From: Blasia pusilla
Taxonomy: Eukaryota
Length of the DNA stretch: 64,000 nucleotides
NCBI GenBank assembly: GCA_050084515.1
Contig: CM114271.1
Coordinates: forward strand, 4,402,001-4,466,000
Reading direction: 5' to 3'
A program made the translations under genes and the position numbers. Positions 13,699-26,372 of this stretch are shown piece by piece; positions within the stretch are counted from its first letter, which is position 1, and each line of letters opens with the position of its first letter. The notes under the pieces are model-generated. The model was given only the letters and a program-made list of their open reading frames with translations, made no database searches and was not told where the DNA came from.

Positions 13699-16600
13699 TC
13701 ATGACAGGAAAATCGATGCACATTATTGAATAAGCCATGGTCAAAGTTTCCTTTATCTTGGTATGTGTTCCTTCGATTGAATTTGTCATGGTATGGGTGT
13801 CGGCAGGGTCCACGAAACAGTACAACCTTTCGGAGGAGTTTGACTCTGTGGTCATTGAGCTAAGGTTTTCTCCAAAGAGGTCCTGCGCGATTATCCGAAG
13901 CAGGCTACCACTCCAGTATCTGTGATGGAAGAATGTTTCGGATTGGCACTTGATTAGGGTTCAATAGGATCTCAAAGCCAAGGTCCTGGATTGTGTGGTA
14001 ATTCTTGCAAACTGAACCTCAAACCTACTAGAGCCTGGGAAGCTACGCCAGAGTCTACAGAGCATACCCTTGGCTGTGTAAGCTGACTTTTTGTTAATGA
14101 CTAGATAATTCTAAGCCCTCTCAGAACGGAGAGGAAAGCTATCATGAAGTGGCATCAACAGAAATTTGATGGAGTTGGGCATTGAACTGAGTTTTTTCTT
14201 CTGTGAGTGAAGCAGAATCCCGAGGGAAATCATTGCATGTAATTCATAAACAACGATAGTGATTATTTGGAATAACATGCCCTGACTATAAGTCAAACTC
14301 CCTTTGTCATGACAAGCATTTTTACCGGCCGGATTAATGATTATTTACCTCCAGTATGCTGTAGTAGTGATGACAATTAAGTACCAATACTTCACTCTTC
14401 TTAACTGAATATGGTTGTCAACTCCAGAGATATCCAGGGTCTGCTATGTACTATGAATAATCGGTCTTCACAAGACTCTGAAGCAAACAATCCCCTCCAT
14501 TCCTCATATCCAATTGATCTCATCAATTCAATCTCTTAATCTCTCTGTATATATGTTTGTTGTCGTTGATGTTTATGGATGCGGGAAGGCAGATTTAAGG
14601 TGTAGGGGCATGATTGTTGGTTTTTTTCTCAGATTTTTGTCGGTTTTCTGGCAATGATTGAAAGAGTGTAGAAAAAGACTCGGGCAGCTCAATTGCATCT
14701 TTCCTTTATTTCCTAGTATCTCATATTGTTTCCTCTGTGTCTAGCTCTGAATCCACTCATTCTCGTGGTTGTCCATGAGATTGTGACAAACTCTGCCGAA
14801 AAGTAGAAATTGAGGAGGTAAAGAAAATTCATGTTTTATTTGGAATTGGGACTCCTAACCATTTGTGTATTTCATGTTAATTCCCTTTTACTAGTGCTAT
14901 GCATGGGTTGGAGATATGATGGGTAATTTAAATTATCAATAATTAGAATGGCCACTATTTTAGTTGATCCTTCCAAGTGACCCCAAGAATTACATGTACA
15001 TTGTTTACTCAAACCTAACTGGATGGGACTAAATGAGTTAGATGGGGTGGGTGGGACCAATATAGGGGACAACTATGAAATCGGGAGGTGCTTGTCGCCC
15101 AAAGACTTGTCTCTCATGGTAATAAAGATCTTGTGCTTCTCCATTTTGTCTTAATTATACCATTAATTATAATAACCTACAAAAATTTAAAAAAATTCAT
15201 TGGTTCCTAGTATTACCTACCTATTATCTTCCCTCCTGCACCTTGCTAATTCGAGATGACCTACAAAGCATTCCAGCCGTCTAATGGGTCATCTCTTTTA
15301 CAATTATTCTTATTGCTTGTCATGGTTATTATTATTCGTAGAGCATATATCCATCAGAGGATCTCCACTTAATAGACTACATGTGTATGCCCATCCCATG
15401 CTAGGATTATCATGAAATTATGGTGCCATAATACCTTGGTTCCGTATGTTTCCACAAGTGAGCATATTGGAAAAATCCAAGAATGTAGACCTTCTCCTTC
15501 TTTCTTCCCTTTTTGTGCACACGCACATTACTACACAGTGAACATTATTGTCACCATCCATACACTCATAAACAAGACACCATTTCTCAATCGTAGAATC
15601 CATACATACAGATAATCATGTATCAAAAAGGTCTCCAATAAATTAAAAAATCAGATCTCTCACTCATTGATCTAGATGGACATTGGACCTCCCAAGATAT
15701 GCTACATGGATATTCTATGCTCCAATATAAAAGATGTCATACTTTCTTGCCTCCTAAAGACTTATCCCATATTCTTTGTATATACTCTCTAAATCTAGTC
15801 ATCCAACCAATAACATCATTCAAATGTAATACATACCCTTGTCTAATAAATGGGCAAAATAAAAATTATCAATTAAAAAAAACTCTTCTCAACCTTCAAT
15901 GAACATCACACTCGATATCTCACAAGCCATAATTGAATGATCATCCACACTACCAATCGAAGGAGAATCCACCTCTCATTGCAGTGATCAAGCCATGGAT
16001 CTAAATCACCAAAAAAAAATTTTTCCATAGATTGGAATATGTTGAAAACCTCAACTTATCTTTTTGATGCTCTAAACATAGATATAATAGTTATAAACAT
16101 CAAATTTTGACAAGTACCTTGCTATTCTTTGATGGAGCTCACAAAAATAGGTCTCTGTCCCTCTTAAATTCTTTACTTCAATCACTCTAGTAGAAGATTT
16201 TTATAAGAATAATTTCCAAAATTCCTTAATAATAATATTGAACCTATTTCTCTTTGTGGCATTGGCCAAACTTTGATCAATAAATTTGAATATTTGTTCA
16301 CAATAACTATATCTTTTTTTTAGAATCAAACAAAAATTCATCCCATTACAGGTATCCCTATACTATAACAATCAATAATATCTCTAAATCCATCTTGACT
16401 AACAACTTCCTCTTAAAGAGGATAAGAATAAGATAGATTGTGTTTATTCTTACATGCTTCTTTATCATTGATATAATTTTTGGAGTAACGCGGTAGCTTT
16501 TTTTATTGTTAAAGATAGATTTCATGTAAACAGTTGATAATTACATGTAGTTAACAATATCCTTCCCTCTTGACACATGCCACTATCATTACCCTTTTTT

Positions 16601-17722
16601 TTTCCTTATGTATTGGATATCCTTTGGATACAATATACAAGGCAATATACAATTTTCTTACTAACTTTGTGATTTTGGATTATAAGGGCTTAAAAAAAAG
16701 TAATCAAATAAACTATTGGACTTGATTGAGATCCTTGTTTTAAATTACATTTGATTTTATTTTCAAATAGCACTTCTAATCCCATTGGATGTTGTAGAGA
16801 AAATTTTTGAAAAAATCTTTATCTAAACAAGAAAGTTTTATTTAATTACAAAATAATCAATATTATCTAGTATTGTTAAAATACATTTAGGGTTTAAGTA
16901 AAGGAATCTATATTCATTGCTTGAATAAGAAATTGAAGGCATGGGAATTCATACATCCATACCATTTCTCACATAATGTTTACAACTTCGAAAAGTGATA
17001 ATTTCAAATAAATAAGAGTCATCATGTAATTCAATGCTTTCTTGAGTATTCATTAATATCCTCGCCTTAGTGTTGAACACTCATTACCACATTCCATGCT
17101 ACGAGCTATAAATTATTTTCAACCCAGAATCACTAAGTTAATTTATCCAAGATTTACTTTTCATAATATGTGTCAAGTACCTACTCTTTTAAACAACAAT
17201 CTTATGTATTACGGAAGTTTGCATTCAACACATCATGATGTTGTTACTAATCTAAATCCAAACACACTCATATTAGTCATGATTTTGGTCCAGTATCCTT
17301 ACATCATATGAATCTCATCTCAACCCACTCCTAAAGCTTAACAAATCTAGACAAGATCAGATGTTGACATAATTTCTCACTTCCCAACACATCCAAATCG
17401 TCCAAAACTTGAAATATGACTTGATACAGACTTCCATTTTAGTCTTAGCTATATCTGATTTTTAAGTGATATCTAGATTGCAAACGGCTTAGGTTGAGCA
17501 TTTCAAACCAAAAAAACAACATTTCATGATTATTGAACAAAGGATATAATAAGGATTTCACAAAACAAAAAGTATGGAAGAAATGGTAAGATATGCAAAC
17601 ATCATTTCTTGCACATTCTTGCTTTTGTGGATAATTTTTTAAGCTCATAATTTTCATTTTGAAATAGAATTTCCCTACCCTAATATTGGTCACAATCTTA
17701 TATTTTCAATTTTTGTGGGAAG

Positions 17723-18340
17723 TGTCACATCTAAGTAGCCGATAGGCCGAGATCTATCGTGGATAGGGCGTAGGAGCCAACGGACTATCTTTAGTGTAAC
17801 TTTGTCCCACAATGTCGGATGAGGTTGAGGATAGGTCCATTGCGTTAGGAACGTCGTTTCTGACGACTTTCATGTTGAGGTCTTTTACAGCCGGGTGACT
17901 TGTTGACCAGGTCACCTGCCCCTGGTAACCTGTGCACACACGTTATCAAGGGAAGGGCTATTTTTAGGAGAAGAGCCTTTTGGTTCTTCCCAACCTATAT
18001 AAGAGAGGAAGATGGCTTTCTTAAGCCATCTTTCTCATGTTGGGCCGTTGGAGCACCTCCCTTGTATGTGTGTGAGCTAGGACTAGGGTGCTAGCGTCCG
18101 GATTCCTTGATAGCACAAGGTGGACGAGGCTCGATGTACCGATGTAGATTGAGGAGTGGAGTTTTAGGCCGGGTTTGCCGTTTTTACTACTCTTTATTTT
18201 TGTTGAGTGATCTCCATGTATATGTATGAGTTAATTTTTTGTACATGTGTGGATCGACCCGTGTGTGGGAAAGATCGGTGTTGTGTGGTGTAGATGTGAC
18301 CAGCGATGTATGTTGTGTAGCGATATGTATGCGCACGATA
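17723..18340 (+). mobile_element. Solo-LTR-like element, 618 bp, TGTCAC...CACGATA
   Basis: Flanked by an identical 4-bp GAAG (17719-17722 and 18341-18344), internal TATATAA near 17996, and its terminal ~30 nt are shared with the element at 60525-61149. Confidence 0.7.
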
Positions 18341-18599
18341 GAAGCAAAAAATTAAGAATAGTTAATAAGGATTACTTAAGAAGATATAATCCCCTAGCTT
18401 TTGCCAAGCACGATATTTTTAAAATAAAAGGAAAAGATAGAGAATTTTTTAAAATATATCCTCTATTCCTCAAAGCTCTTTTTTTTAACCCTCCTCCCCC
18501 TCTTAATATTATAGATGGAGAGAAAATAATTTATTTTTTAAGAACGAAAATGAAATAGAATGAACTCGACAAGTTTAGGATTTAGGCGATATATTCTCC

Positions 18600-20450
18600 A
18601 ATTTATGGAAATATTTCAAGTACCATTATTTCATAATTTATGGCTAAAAATGTATATAAAAGGCAATCCGAGGATATTTGTGTGGATTATGTTAAAAAAT
18701 GCACTTTATTGAAGTTTAAAATGTATAATCTTAATTAATTAGTAGGTAATCATATTCATGATTGTAGTGGAGAAATTCATATTCAAAATAACTATGTTCG
18801 GATTAATGGAAATATTCTCTTATATTGAAAGAGTAATCATATCATTTGGTGATTTCACCAACCTAGTTATAATTCAAGGTATCACAATATAATAAGCATC
18901 TTAGATCAAAGATTTCAAGCAAATGATATAACACATCGTTTTGTTGATATTATGCCATAATAATTTATACTAGTTGTGACGTTGGTGTGATATATGAATT
19001 CCCCATCTCCTTTGAAAATATAAGAATTTCTTACACTTTATTCTAAAAATATATAGTCTTTTCTCTTTGTGATAAAATCGAACATCATACAATTTGAATT
19101 ATTTTACTTTATAGTCATAAGTTAACGCCACACCCTTCTAAGTTTGATAGTATCCATGAATAATTATTCAATCTCACATGATGATGGATCTTCAACATAA
19201 AAGTCCCATTGTCCTGAGATATTTCTCTTTATTGAATTGTTCTTGTGATTTATTCTTTTTGGTGATCTTCACTTAATAAAGTTGGTCCTCTCATCTTATT
19301 TGTTTAGATCCTTTAATAACTTATCACTCTATTTTCTTGTGTGTTGTGATTGATATCTTCTCTCTTTATCTTAGTAATAGTAATATTTTATATCCATTCT
19401 TGTATGTAAGGATTTACTTGTGACTTAACCTTCTTCAAATTTGGATTATATTCTCACATATTTTTTTCAACTATATGTGTACAAATAGTTTCATCAAATA
19501 TCTTATTTGCTCGCGTAGTTTCATCTTGTTGAAGGGATATGCTACATCTTGAATTTCGTTCACTTATTCTTAAGTTGAAAATTGTAGAATCGATGGCGTA
19601 ATAACTTACCAACTTCTATCCGCTTAATGAGTTAAAGAAATTAGAGGTTATGGACTTTTTTAAATCCAAAGATGGAAAAACTATAGGATATTACCTTTTG
19701 ACTTTATATCTCTCTTATTTTCTGTATTTGGTGGTTTGTCAAAAGTTAATGGTGAATTGTATGATTTTGAATCTAAACTTGTGGGAATGGCAAAGCTATT
19801 GGTATAAGAACCAATATCTTCTTCTTTCTTCGTCTAATTATCTTTCAAAATCGATGTTACTCATCCATTTAGTTTGTCACTCTTAGGTTCGATATTATGT
19901 TGAATGATACGTCACATATGTTTATTGGTTTTGGATTATTTAATATCTAAACCCTTTTAGTCAAAATGTAAGTTTCTTATGTCACGATCCTAAGATTTGC
20001 ATTTATGAGGATTCAATGGCACAAAAGTTTGGTATGGATCTTTACATTCCATGCCTAGCTTTTGATCATATTTAAATACCTCTAATAGTTTTACGTGTCA
20101 AAGATACGATGTTTCTTCTCATGATTTTCTATGATAGTCTAACTAATCAATAATTTTTTTGTATCTAGTGGCAACATCCCTTATTTGAGTTGGAACTGGT
20201 GCTTTTTAATATTTTAGGAAACTTTTTTATTACTAGTGGATTATGAATCTTTTGGAAATATTTTCTTACGTGAGCAATGTGTTGGAAAAACCCACAAACA
20301 CTCTTTATAATATTTCTTTAATTTTGATAACACTTCTATTTTTCTCGCATCTTTTCTCATACTTTCTTTGTTGTGTTCTTGCCTCCACAAATGGTCTTCA
20401 AAGCTTATACTTCTCAAGATGTGATTTTGCTAAATAGACAACATATCTCC
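18600..20450 (-). mobile_element. Degraded Ty1/copia-like remnant
   Basis: Minus-strand ghosts LQQDETTRANK (cf. integrase PQQNGVAERKNR) near 19500-19535 and YVEDP near 19190. AT-rich with no ORF. Confidence 0.25.
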
Positions 20451-21558
20451 TCCACCCTTAAGGAAAAATTACAATAATTAAATATGTCCTTTATGTTTCA
20501 AATCTCCATCTCTCCATTTAAAGTTAAATAGAATTACCTCTTGTATTTTGGAAATAAAAATTCTTATTATTGCAACCTCCTACTATTCCTTGTGTTTTAC
20601 CCCAAATTTTTATTTCAAAATAGAATTCCATTTTTTGTCCCAAACTAACCCTTAAATTGGTATTTATTTTTCAAGTTATTGTGTGAGGAAAAAAACTTGT
20701 AGAAGATAGGAAAAAAATAACAAACTAGACAATAAATCAAATATCATCCTATAAATTAAAATACCATTCTTCCATATAGAAAAATGAGATTAGATAGCTT
20801 GAAATATAAGATCTTAAATGTTTTGAATAACTTATAAAGCATTATATATTTAGAATTTACAAACATTGCAAGCATATTCAATCTTATATCTTGCTAGGAG
20901 TACATTAATTTTAAATTTGAAGGTAAATGATTCCATGATATCTCCATATTAAAATAGTCAACATGGATAACAAGTAAACCTAAAAACTAAATAGTTACAT
21001 GGACTACAAGTAAGACAAAATGAGGAAAGAAACGCCTTGAGATTTTATGAAATATTTCTTTTAGAAGTCTTTTTAGGGAGACTTTATCCAACTTGGATTC
21101 TATGAGCCACTTCCATACTCTAATGGGGAGTGGGTAAGTGGATCTTATTTAGGGCTAGAGTTGTTAGAAAGTGTAGGGCATTGATTGAAAGTAATTCTAA
21201 GATCAATGTCAATATGCCTACTCGTTAATATAAAAGGAATATTGTTACAAGCTAGATAAGTTTATGGAAGTGTTGAGAGTTGAAGGATTGAGAAAAGTAT
21301 GATATGTTGATATAAGCCCAAACTCAAGATAACCCTTGTAGTCTAGCGGCCTGACATTTAGAATAACATGTGATAAAATGACTTGTGTGCACTAATCACC
21401 AACTAATGTGAGATACTAAGTTTTTTTTTGTAAAACACATAAATATCCGACTGTAGGCATTTATTGCCTATAGAGCCTGCTTGAACATGCCAGAAGATCT
21501 GGGCAGATAGACAAATTTATTTTCATAAATAAATACCAAATCCCCTTGCATATAAGTA

Positions 21559-21692
21559 GGGGTAAGCTAGAGGGGTCGATCATTGGATGCGGGCACGATA
21601 GATTAGGTTTGAATCCTCATGTGGGTTCATCCTTTTGATTCCTCCAACGGGCTAGGCTGACCATGCTCAAGCTGCCCCTACAAATAATAAAT
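21559..21692 (+). mobile_element. Possible tRNA-derived SINE relic
   Basis: A-box-like AGCTAGAGGGG, B-box-like GGTTTGAATCC (~21606-21616) and an A-rich end ACAAATAATAAA. No clear TSD and no cloverleaf. Confidence 0.3.
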
Positions 21693-23061
21693 GCATGCAG
21701 CCGGATGTTTATGGCTTTCGATATTTTTGTGTAGATTATAGAGCATGCTCTCCTTATCCATGTCTTTATATATGTAGAGAGAGGGATGGGGCTCTCTCAT
21801 TCTCTTTGTGCATATTTTCACTCTTCCCTTTTATGTTAGCTATCTCCTCCTTGAATGTGTGAATGAAGACTTTGTAGAGTTAGTAATTTCTAAAAGGTAT
21901 ATGCACAAGTATCCCTCATTGTATACTTATTTTCTCCTCTCCCTATATTATGCTCCTAATCAAAACATTGCTTGCTTGCTCACATGAATGAGGCTGAAAT
22001 TATTCCTTGATTAGACATGAAGATCCCCACACTTGAGATGTACTTGCATTCATAATCGAATTTTATCCTTAGTGATCCCGTAATTAGAAATAGAGCATAT
22101 ATTTGGAAAGAAAGCCGTTTTTTAGTTAAATGTGAACATTGTTGGTATGTCATTCAAATTTCAAATGACATCCCTATCTAAGATGGGTTGTGTAGCGCAT
22201 CTATAATTCCATACTTAAGCATTTTCAAGTAAAAGTTGCTATGGAGAGAAAAATATATTGGGCAATTCAAATTTTCCTTAGATATGGAACTTGATATCTA
22301 ATGATATATTGCATCTAAAGTATCTCCAAACATATACCTTTAAACACATCCCATTCGAAGACAACTAAATGTTTGATTTGTCATCCTTTAGATGTCATGG
22401 GAACCTCTTGACCCCTACTTATTTATGTATGGCCTCTATTTCTCTGTTTCCCTATGTAACTTGACCAATTCCTTTATAGTACTAGGGTATGTCAATGCTA
22501 TGCACACATTAATTCTTGGATTGGTAGCTTAATATTAGAGCTTTGGGTACAACCCATTTTAATTGTCTATCGCTTCCCACAATTTCCGGCTATCTCCATC
22601 ATCTCTAAAGTTCCTTTTCAAAAGCAACGATGAAAGAAAGTAAATTTGCTAATATGTTTTGTCATTTATGACACTAATAGGTACTTGTGTGATTTATGAG
22701 AGGGGTTAGGGACTAATGATGGGTAATTTGAATTACATATCATTAGCTCACAATTGATCCCAAATGTAGCCCCTGCCCCTCACTCATCCCTAATTTGACT
22801 AACCTCATAAATAAATATAAGTTAACAAGTACACATTTTAATAGCTAAAAATATGAGATGTCTATGGGAGACGAATCTATCTAGACACTAATTGGAGGAT
22901 GCATTTTTTTTAGTTGCTAGATTTCTCACAAAATACAATTGGTTTGTTAATTAGGATCACATAGAGAGATTGCTAAGGAGAGTGACATTTATACATTTAT
23001 ACCCTCCCTTTGCCATCCTCACTAGTTTTAAAAAGAAAAGAACTCTGGATAATAAAGAACT

Positions 23062-23460
23062 CTAGTTGATGCCCGTGCTATGGATATGTGATCTTAAAAA
23101 TCATCCGTCCTCATTTAATTGCCTCCTCTTAATTTAGTCCTCTCTTAAAGTGACACTAGCACAATGCCGATGCCATGCATATGTGATCTTAAAAACCCTT
23201 CGTCCTCATTTCCCTTCTTCATTTAATTTTCTCCTCTTAATTTAATCTCTTCAAGTGACACTGGCACAATGCCAGTGCTATGCGCGGGTGAAAATCACCT
23301 GTGAGGCAAGGCATCTGACTTGTTAATTTAAGTTTAGTTCTTTTGTTATGTTAATTTACCTCTTGTGTTACACGTGTCATCACCGGAGGAAGCCAAAATA
23401 TATACTTGTCAACATCAGAGGAAGGGATCCTCGAATCCCATCCTCTTATAATTATATAGA
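23062..23460 (-). mobile_element. Candidate non-autonomous Helitron with an internal ~95-bp tandem duplication
   Basis: Minus strand starts A|TCTATATAATTATAAGAGG at 23460 and ends GCACGGGCATCAACTAG at 23062. The duplicated block ATATGTGATCTTAAAAA...GTGACACT(A/G)GCACAATGCC begins at 23084 and 23179. Confidence 0.45.
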
Positions 23461-23812
23461 TATATAAACACCATAAGAAACCTTAGAGGACAGGTGTCAT
23501 CATAGGTTGGAGGAGGTTTCTTCTAACCTCATCCTCTTTACCGCCCCTACAATGGTCGACTATGAGTGTAAAGTCTGCAGAATGCAAGTTATTATCCCCT
23601 TTTTCAGTTATTTTCCAAAATCGGTGCCAAAATGGGTGCTTTGTTTACGTTGTTTACCCTAGTCACCGGGGGTTTTTGGGGTCTCAACTCTCGACCGGAG
23701 GGATGTGAACTCCACCCTATTAGTGTCCACCATGTTAATATTAATTCTCTCATTAATACAAAATAGAATAGACTAGCCATGTTCCTTAAACTAGCCAAAC
23801 TAGTCGGGAGTA

Positions 23813-23955
23813 GTGTTACTCCCAACCGCCGTGTTCTCCAAACCTCCAAACTCCTCTCGCCGTGTTACTCCCGAATGTCGCATTCTCCAAATCTCCAAAC
23901 TCGTCGGGCCGTGTTACTCCGATTGCATTCGTATTTTCCTAACCTCCAAATCCGA
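23813..23955. repeat. Three-copy 49-bp degenerate tandem repeat upstream of NDPK1
   Basis: GTGTTACTCC at 23813, 23862 and 23911 (49-bp period), each followed by CTCCAAA boxes. Confidence 0.85.
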
Positions 23956-24373
23956 ACACATAGTCCTAAAACGCCGAAAAACGGTTCAATTCTAGAGATA
24001 ATATAGTTTTATCATGTGGATTAATCATATTAATTGAAAGTAAAAAGTCTACTTTAGAGCCCCTTAGAAAACCCAAAACATGTGGAAAGCGCAAAACGAG
24101 GGCTAATAATGAAAGAAAAGAAGCTCCTCATAATATCCGAATACGCAAACCCTCGCTTCGCGCCTGAGATCCTGGGAGCCGTTAGATGAGGACGCGATTC
24201 TCCTGGCAGCCGTTGGATCAGGAAGAAGGCCGCGCAAGCCGCTTCTCTTGAGACGAATAAGGTCGCACTTCAGTTCTCCATCGCTCTCCCACCCCTTCTC
24301 ACTGCGACAGACTTCGTTTCCTGATTTCGAATTCACTCATAGCCTCAACAGTGCAAAGGAGCAGCAAGCGGCC

Positions 24374-26372
24374 ATGGCGGAACAGACCTTCATCATGATC
24401 AAGCCTGATGGGGTCCAGAGAGGACTGGTGAGCATTGTTTCCTCTTTTTCAGATCTTTGTGTACGCGAATCTTAGAGTTGGTGGTGGCTTCTTGTAGTGT
24501 GTTTGTGGTTTATTCGAAGGGTTTATGGGCGAAGATGCGTTTGCCAGGTTCTCGTCTTATTTTATGGTTTAGAAACAGAGTCGATCCGATGTGTGGACGG
24601 ATGCGCCGTGGAGGCTAGTGATTCAATTTAGTACGCTTTTGCTTGTGGAGGACCGGAATGTGTTTCCGTAGATGCGTCGAACGGAAGGGGAGGAGATGTT
24701 GCTGCTAATCTTTGGTGATGTTGTCGTCTTACGAGTTGAGATCCCGCGATCGTCCAGAGCTGGATCCTACTGTCAGTCTCAATAATGTGGCTTCTTACAT
24801 TTTAGGCTTTGGACACTTTCTTGTTGTGATCGTGAGGTCCACCATGATGGTACAAAATTCAGCTTTCTCGCAGCCGTTTAACCAGACTTCATCAGGAGCT
24901 CTCACGTTGAGTCATCCCTGGACGAGACAACTTTGGCCCCCTGTTTCCGTTGACGTCCACGTTTTGAATGTAAATGTGAAACCAATGTGGAAAGAAACAA
25001 TAGGCACATAGCTCTCTATCCCCACGTCCGCTGCAGCTGCGTTGTAGATCCAGCGCGTGAACCGCAGCCGTTGCGGGTGGCGTTGCGGGTGGCGTTGAGG
25101 TTCCGTTTCCTACGGCCTTCCCATGGCTGTTTCACTGGCTTTCCGTGTTCCGACACACTTAGTGATGGATTTTGTGACCTTGAGTTCCCCACATGTTTCC
25201 GATGTCGGTCTTCACTATATTGTTCATCTTCACCTCTCATTGTTTGTGTCGTCCTTGTCCCCTCTCACTTTGCTGACCGTCTCTTGGAAATTTATCAACT
25301 TCGTCTAGTCCAGTTCCTCAATGCCGGCCAAGAACCGTCGTCAGTCGTGATCGCTTATGAGCATCCTAGTATCTGCAGCCCTGACTCGTAAGCCTCTGTT
25401 GCTTTCATAAGTGCAGGTCGCTGAGATCATATCCCGTTTTGAGAAGAAGGGTTTCACCTTGAGAGGTAAGAGGGACTCTAAACATCTTCGTTCAATGTAG
25501 CTGAGGCCTTGGAGTTTGAAATCATCGATCTCAGTCTTCTGGTATAAGCTAGATGTTGTAACGAATTATGTCTCACTCCTGTGCGAAACTTCCGTGTTCC
25601 TTACTACAGCTCTCAAGCTTCAGTCGGTGGAGTCATCATTCGCCGAGAAGCATTACGAGGATCTGTCCTCGAAGCCCTTTTTCGCTGGACTCGTCGACTA
25701 CATCTGTTCCGGACCTGTGGTGGCTATGGTGTGGGAAGGAAAGAGCGTCGTCTCCACCGGACGTACACTGATCGGTGCGACCAACCCTGCTCAGTCTGCC
25801 CCCGGAACTATCCGTGGGGATTACGCCATCGAGATCGGCAGGTGCGTTCCCCGAGATCCTATCTGCATGACGACTTAGTACCAGTTCTTTTTACGTCTTA
25901 TCTGTGGCCGACCTGAATGTCGACTTGGACTGCTTCCCTGTATCGGCCTATTCCTTCTGGATCGTCATCTCATTGTTCATTAAACAACTATGCCTCCATT
26001 CCAGACGCTTCGTCTCGCTTTTCAGGCGATCAGTAAGCCTATTGAGCTATGTCCTAAATGATTATTTCGACATATATCCTCGCGCTTTGGACTTCTGTAG
26101 CTCCAATTTCAATCATTTGCGTCTGAACTTCAACTTCTTGTGAAGTCGGTGCGCTGCCGAAGTCTTCGTCCTGGTCTTGTGGGGATCAGTATCAGGTTTT
26201 CGTCTTTGAGAACGGTGTCAGGAATATTTCTGAGTCCTGATCTTTCTTGGAACGTAGGAATGTGATTCACGGAAGTGACGCTGTCGAGAGCGCCAGGAAG
26301 GAAATCGCATTGTGGTTCCCGGAGGGACTCGTTGAGTGGAGGAGCGCCCTACATTCATGGATCAGCGAGTAA
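24374..26372 (+). CDS. NDPK1: Nucleoside diphosphate kinase, cytosolic type I
   Basis: Exons 24374-24427 ([18 protein letters not shown]), 25417-25465 ([16 protein letters not shown]), 25610-25841 ([34 protein letters not shown]) and 26258-26372 ([14 protein letters not shown], stop TAA). All introns GT-AG, no transit peptide. Confidence 0.97.

Noticed and set aside
14870-17000. Possible L1 endonuclease/ORF remnants on the minus strand, and similar traces at 44600-46600 and 52960-54800
   Set aside because: Probably ancient TE debris, but no motif was clear enough to assign class or boundaries.
21559-21640. tRNA gene
   Set aside because: A B-box is present but no acceptor or anticodon stems, so it is kept only as a low-confidence SINE relic.
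23813-23955. CRISPR-like appearance of this array and of 30551-30687
   Set aside because: Eukaryotic context, only 3-4 degenerate units, related inter-repeat segments and no cas genes.
24428-25416. Intronic snoRNA in NDPK1 intron 1
   Set aside because: No convincing box C (RTGATGA) and box D pair with a terminal stem.
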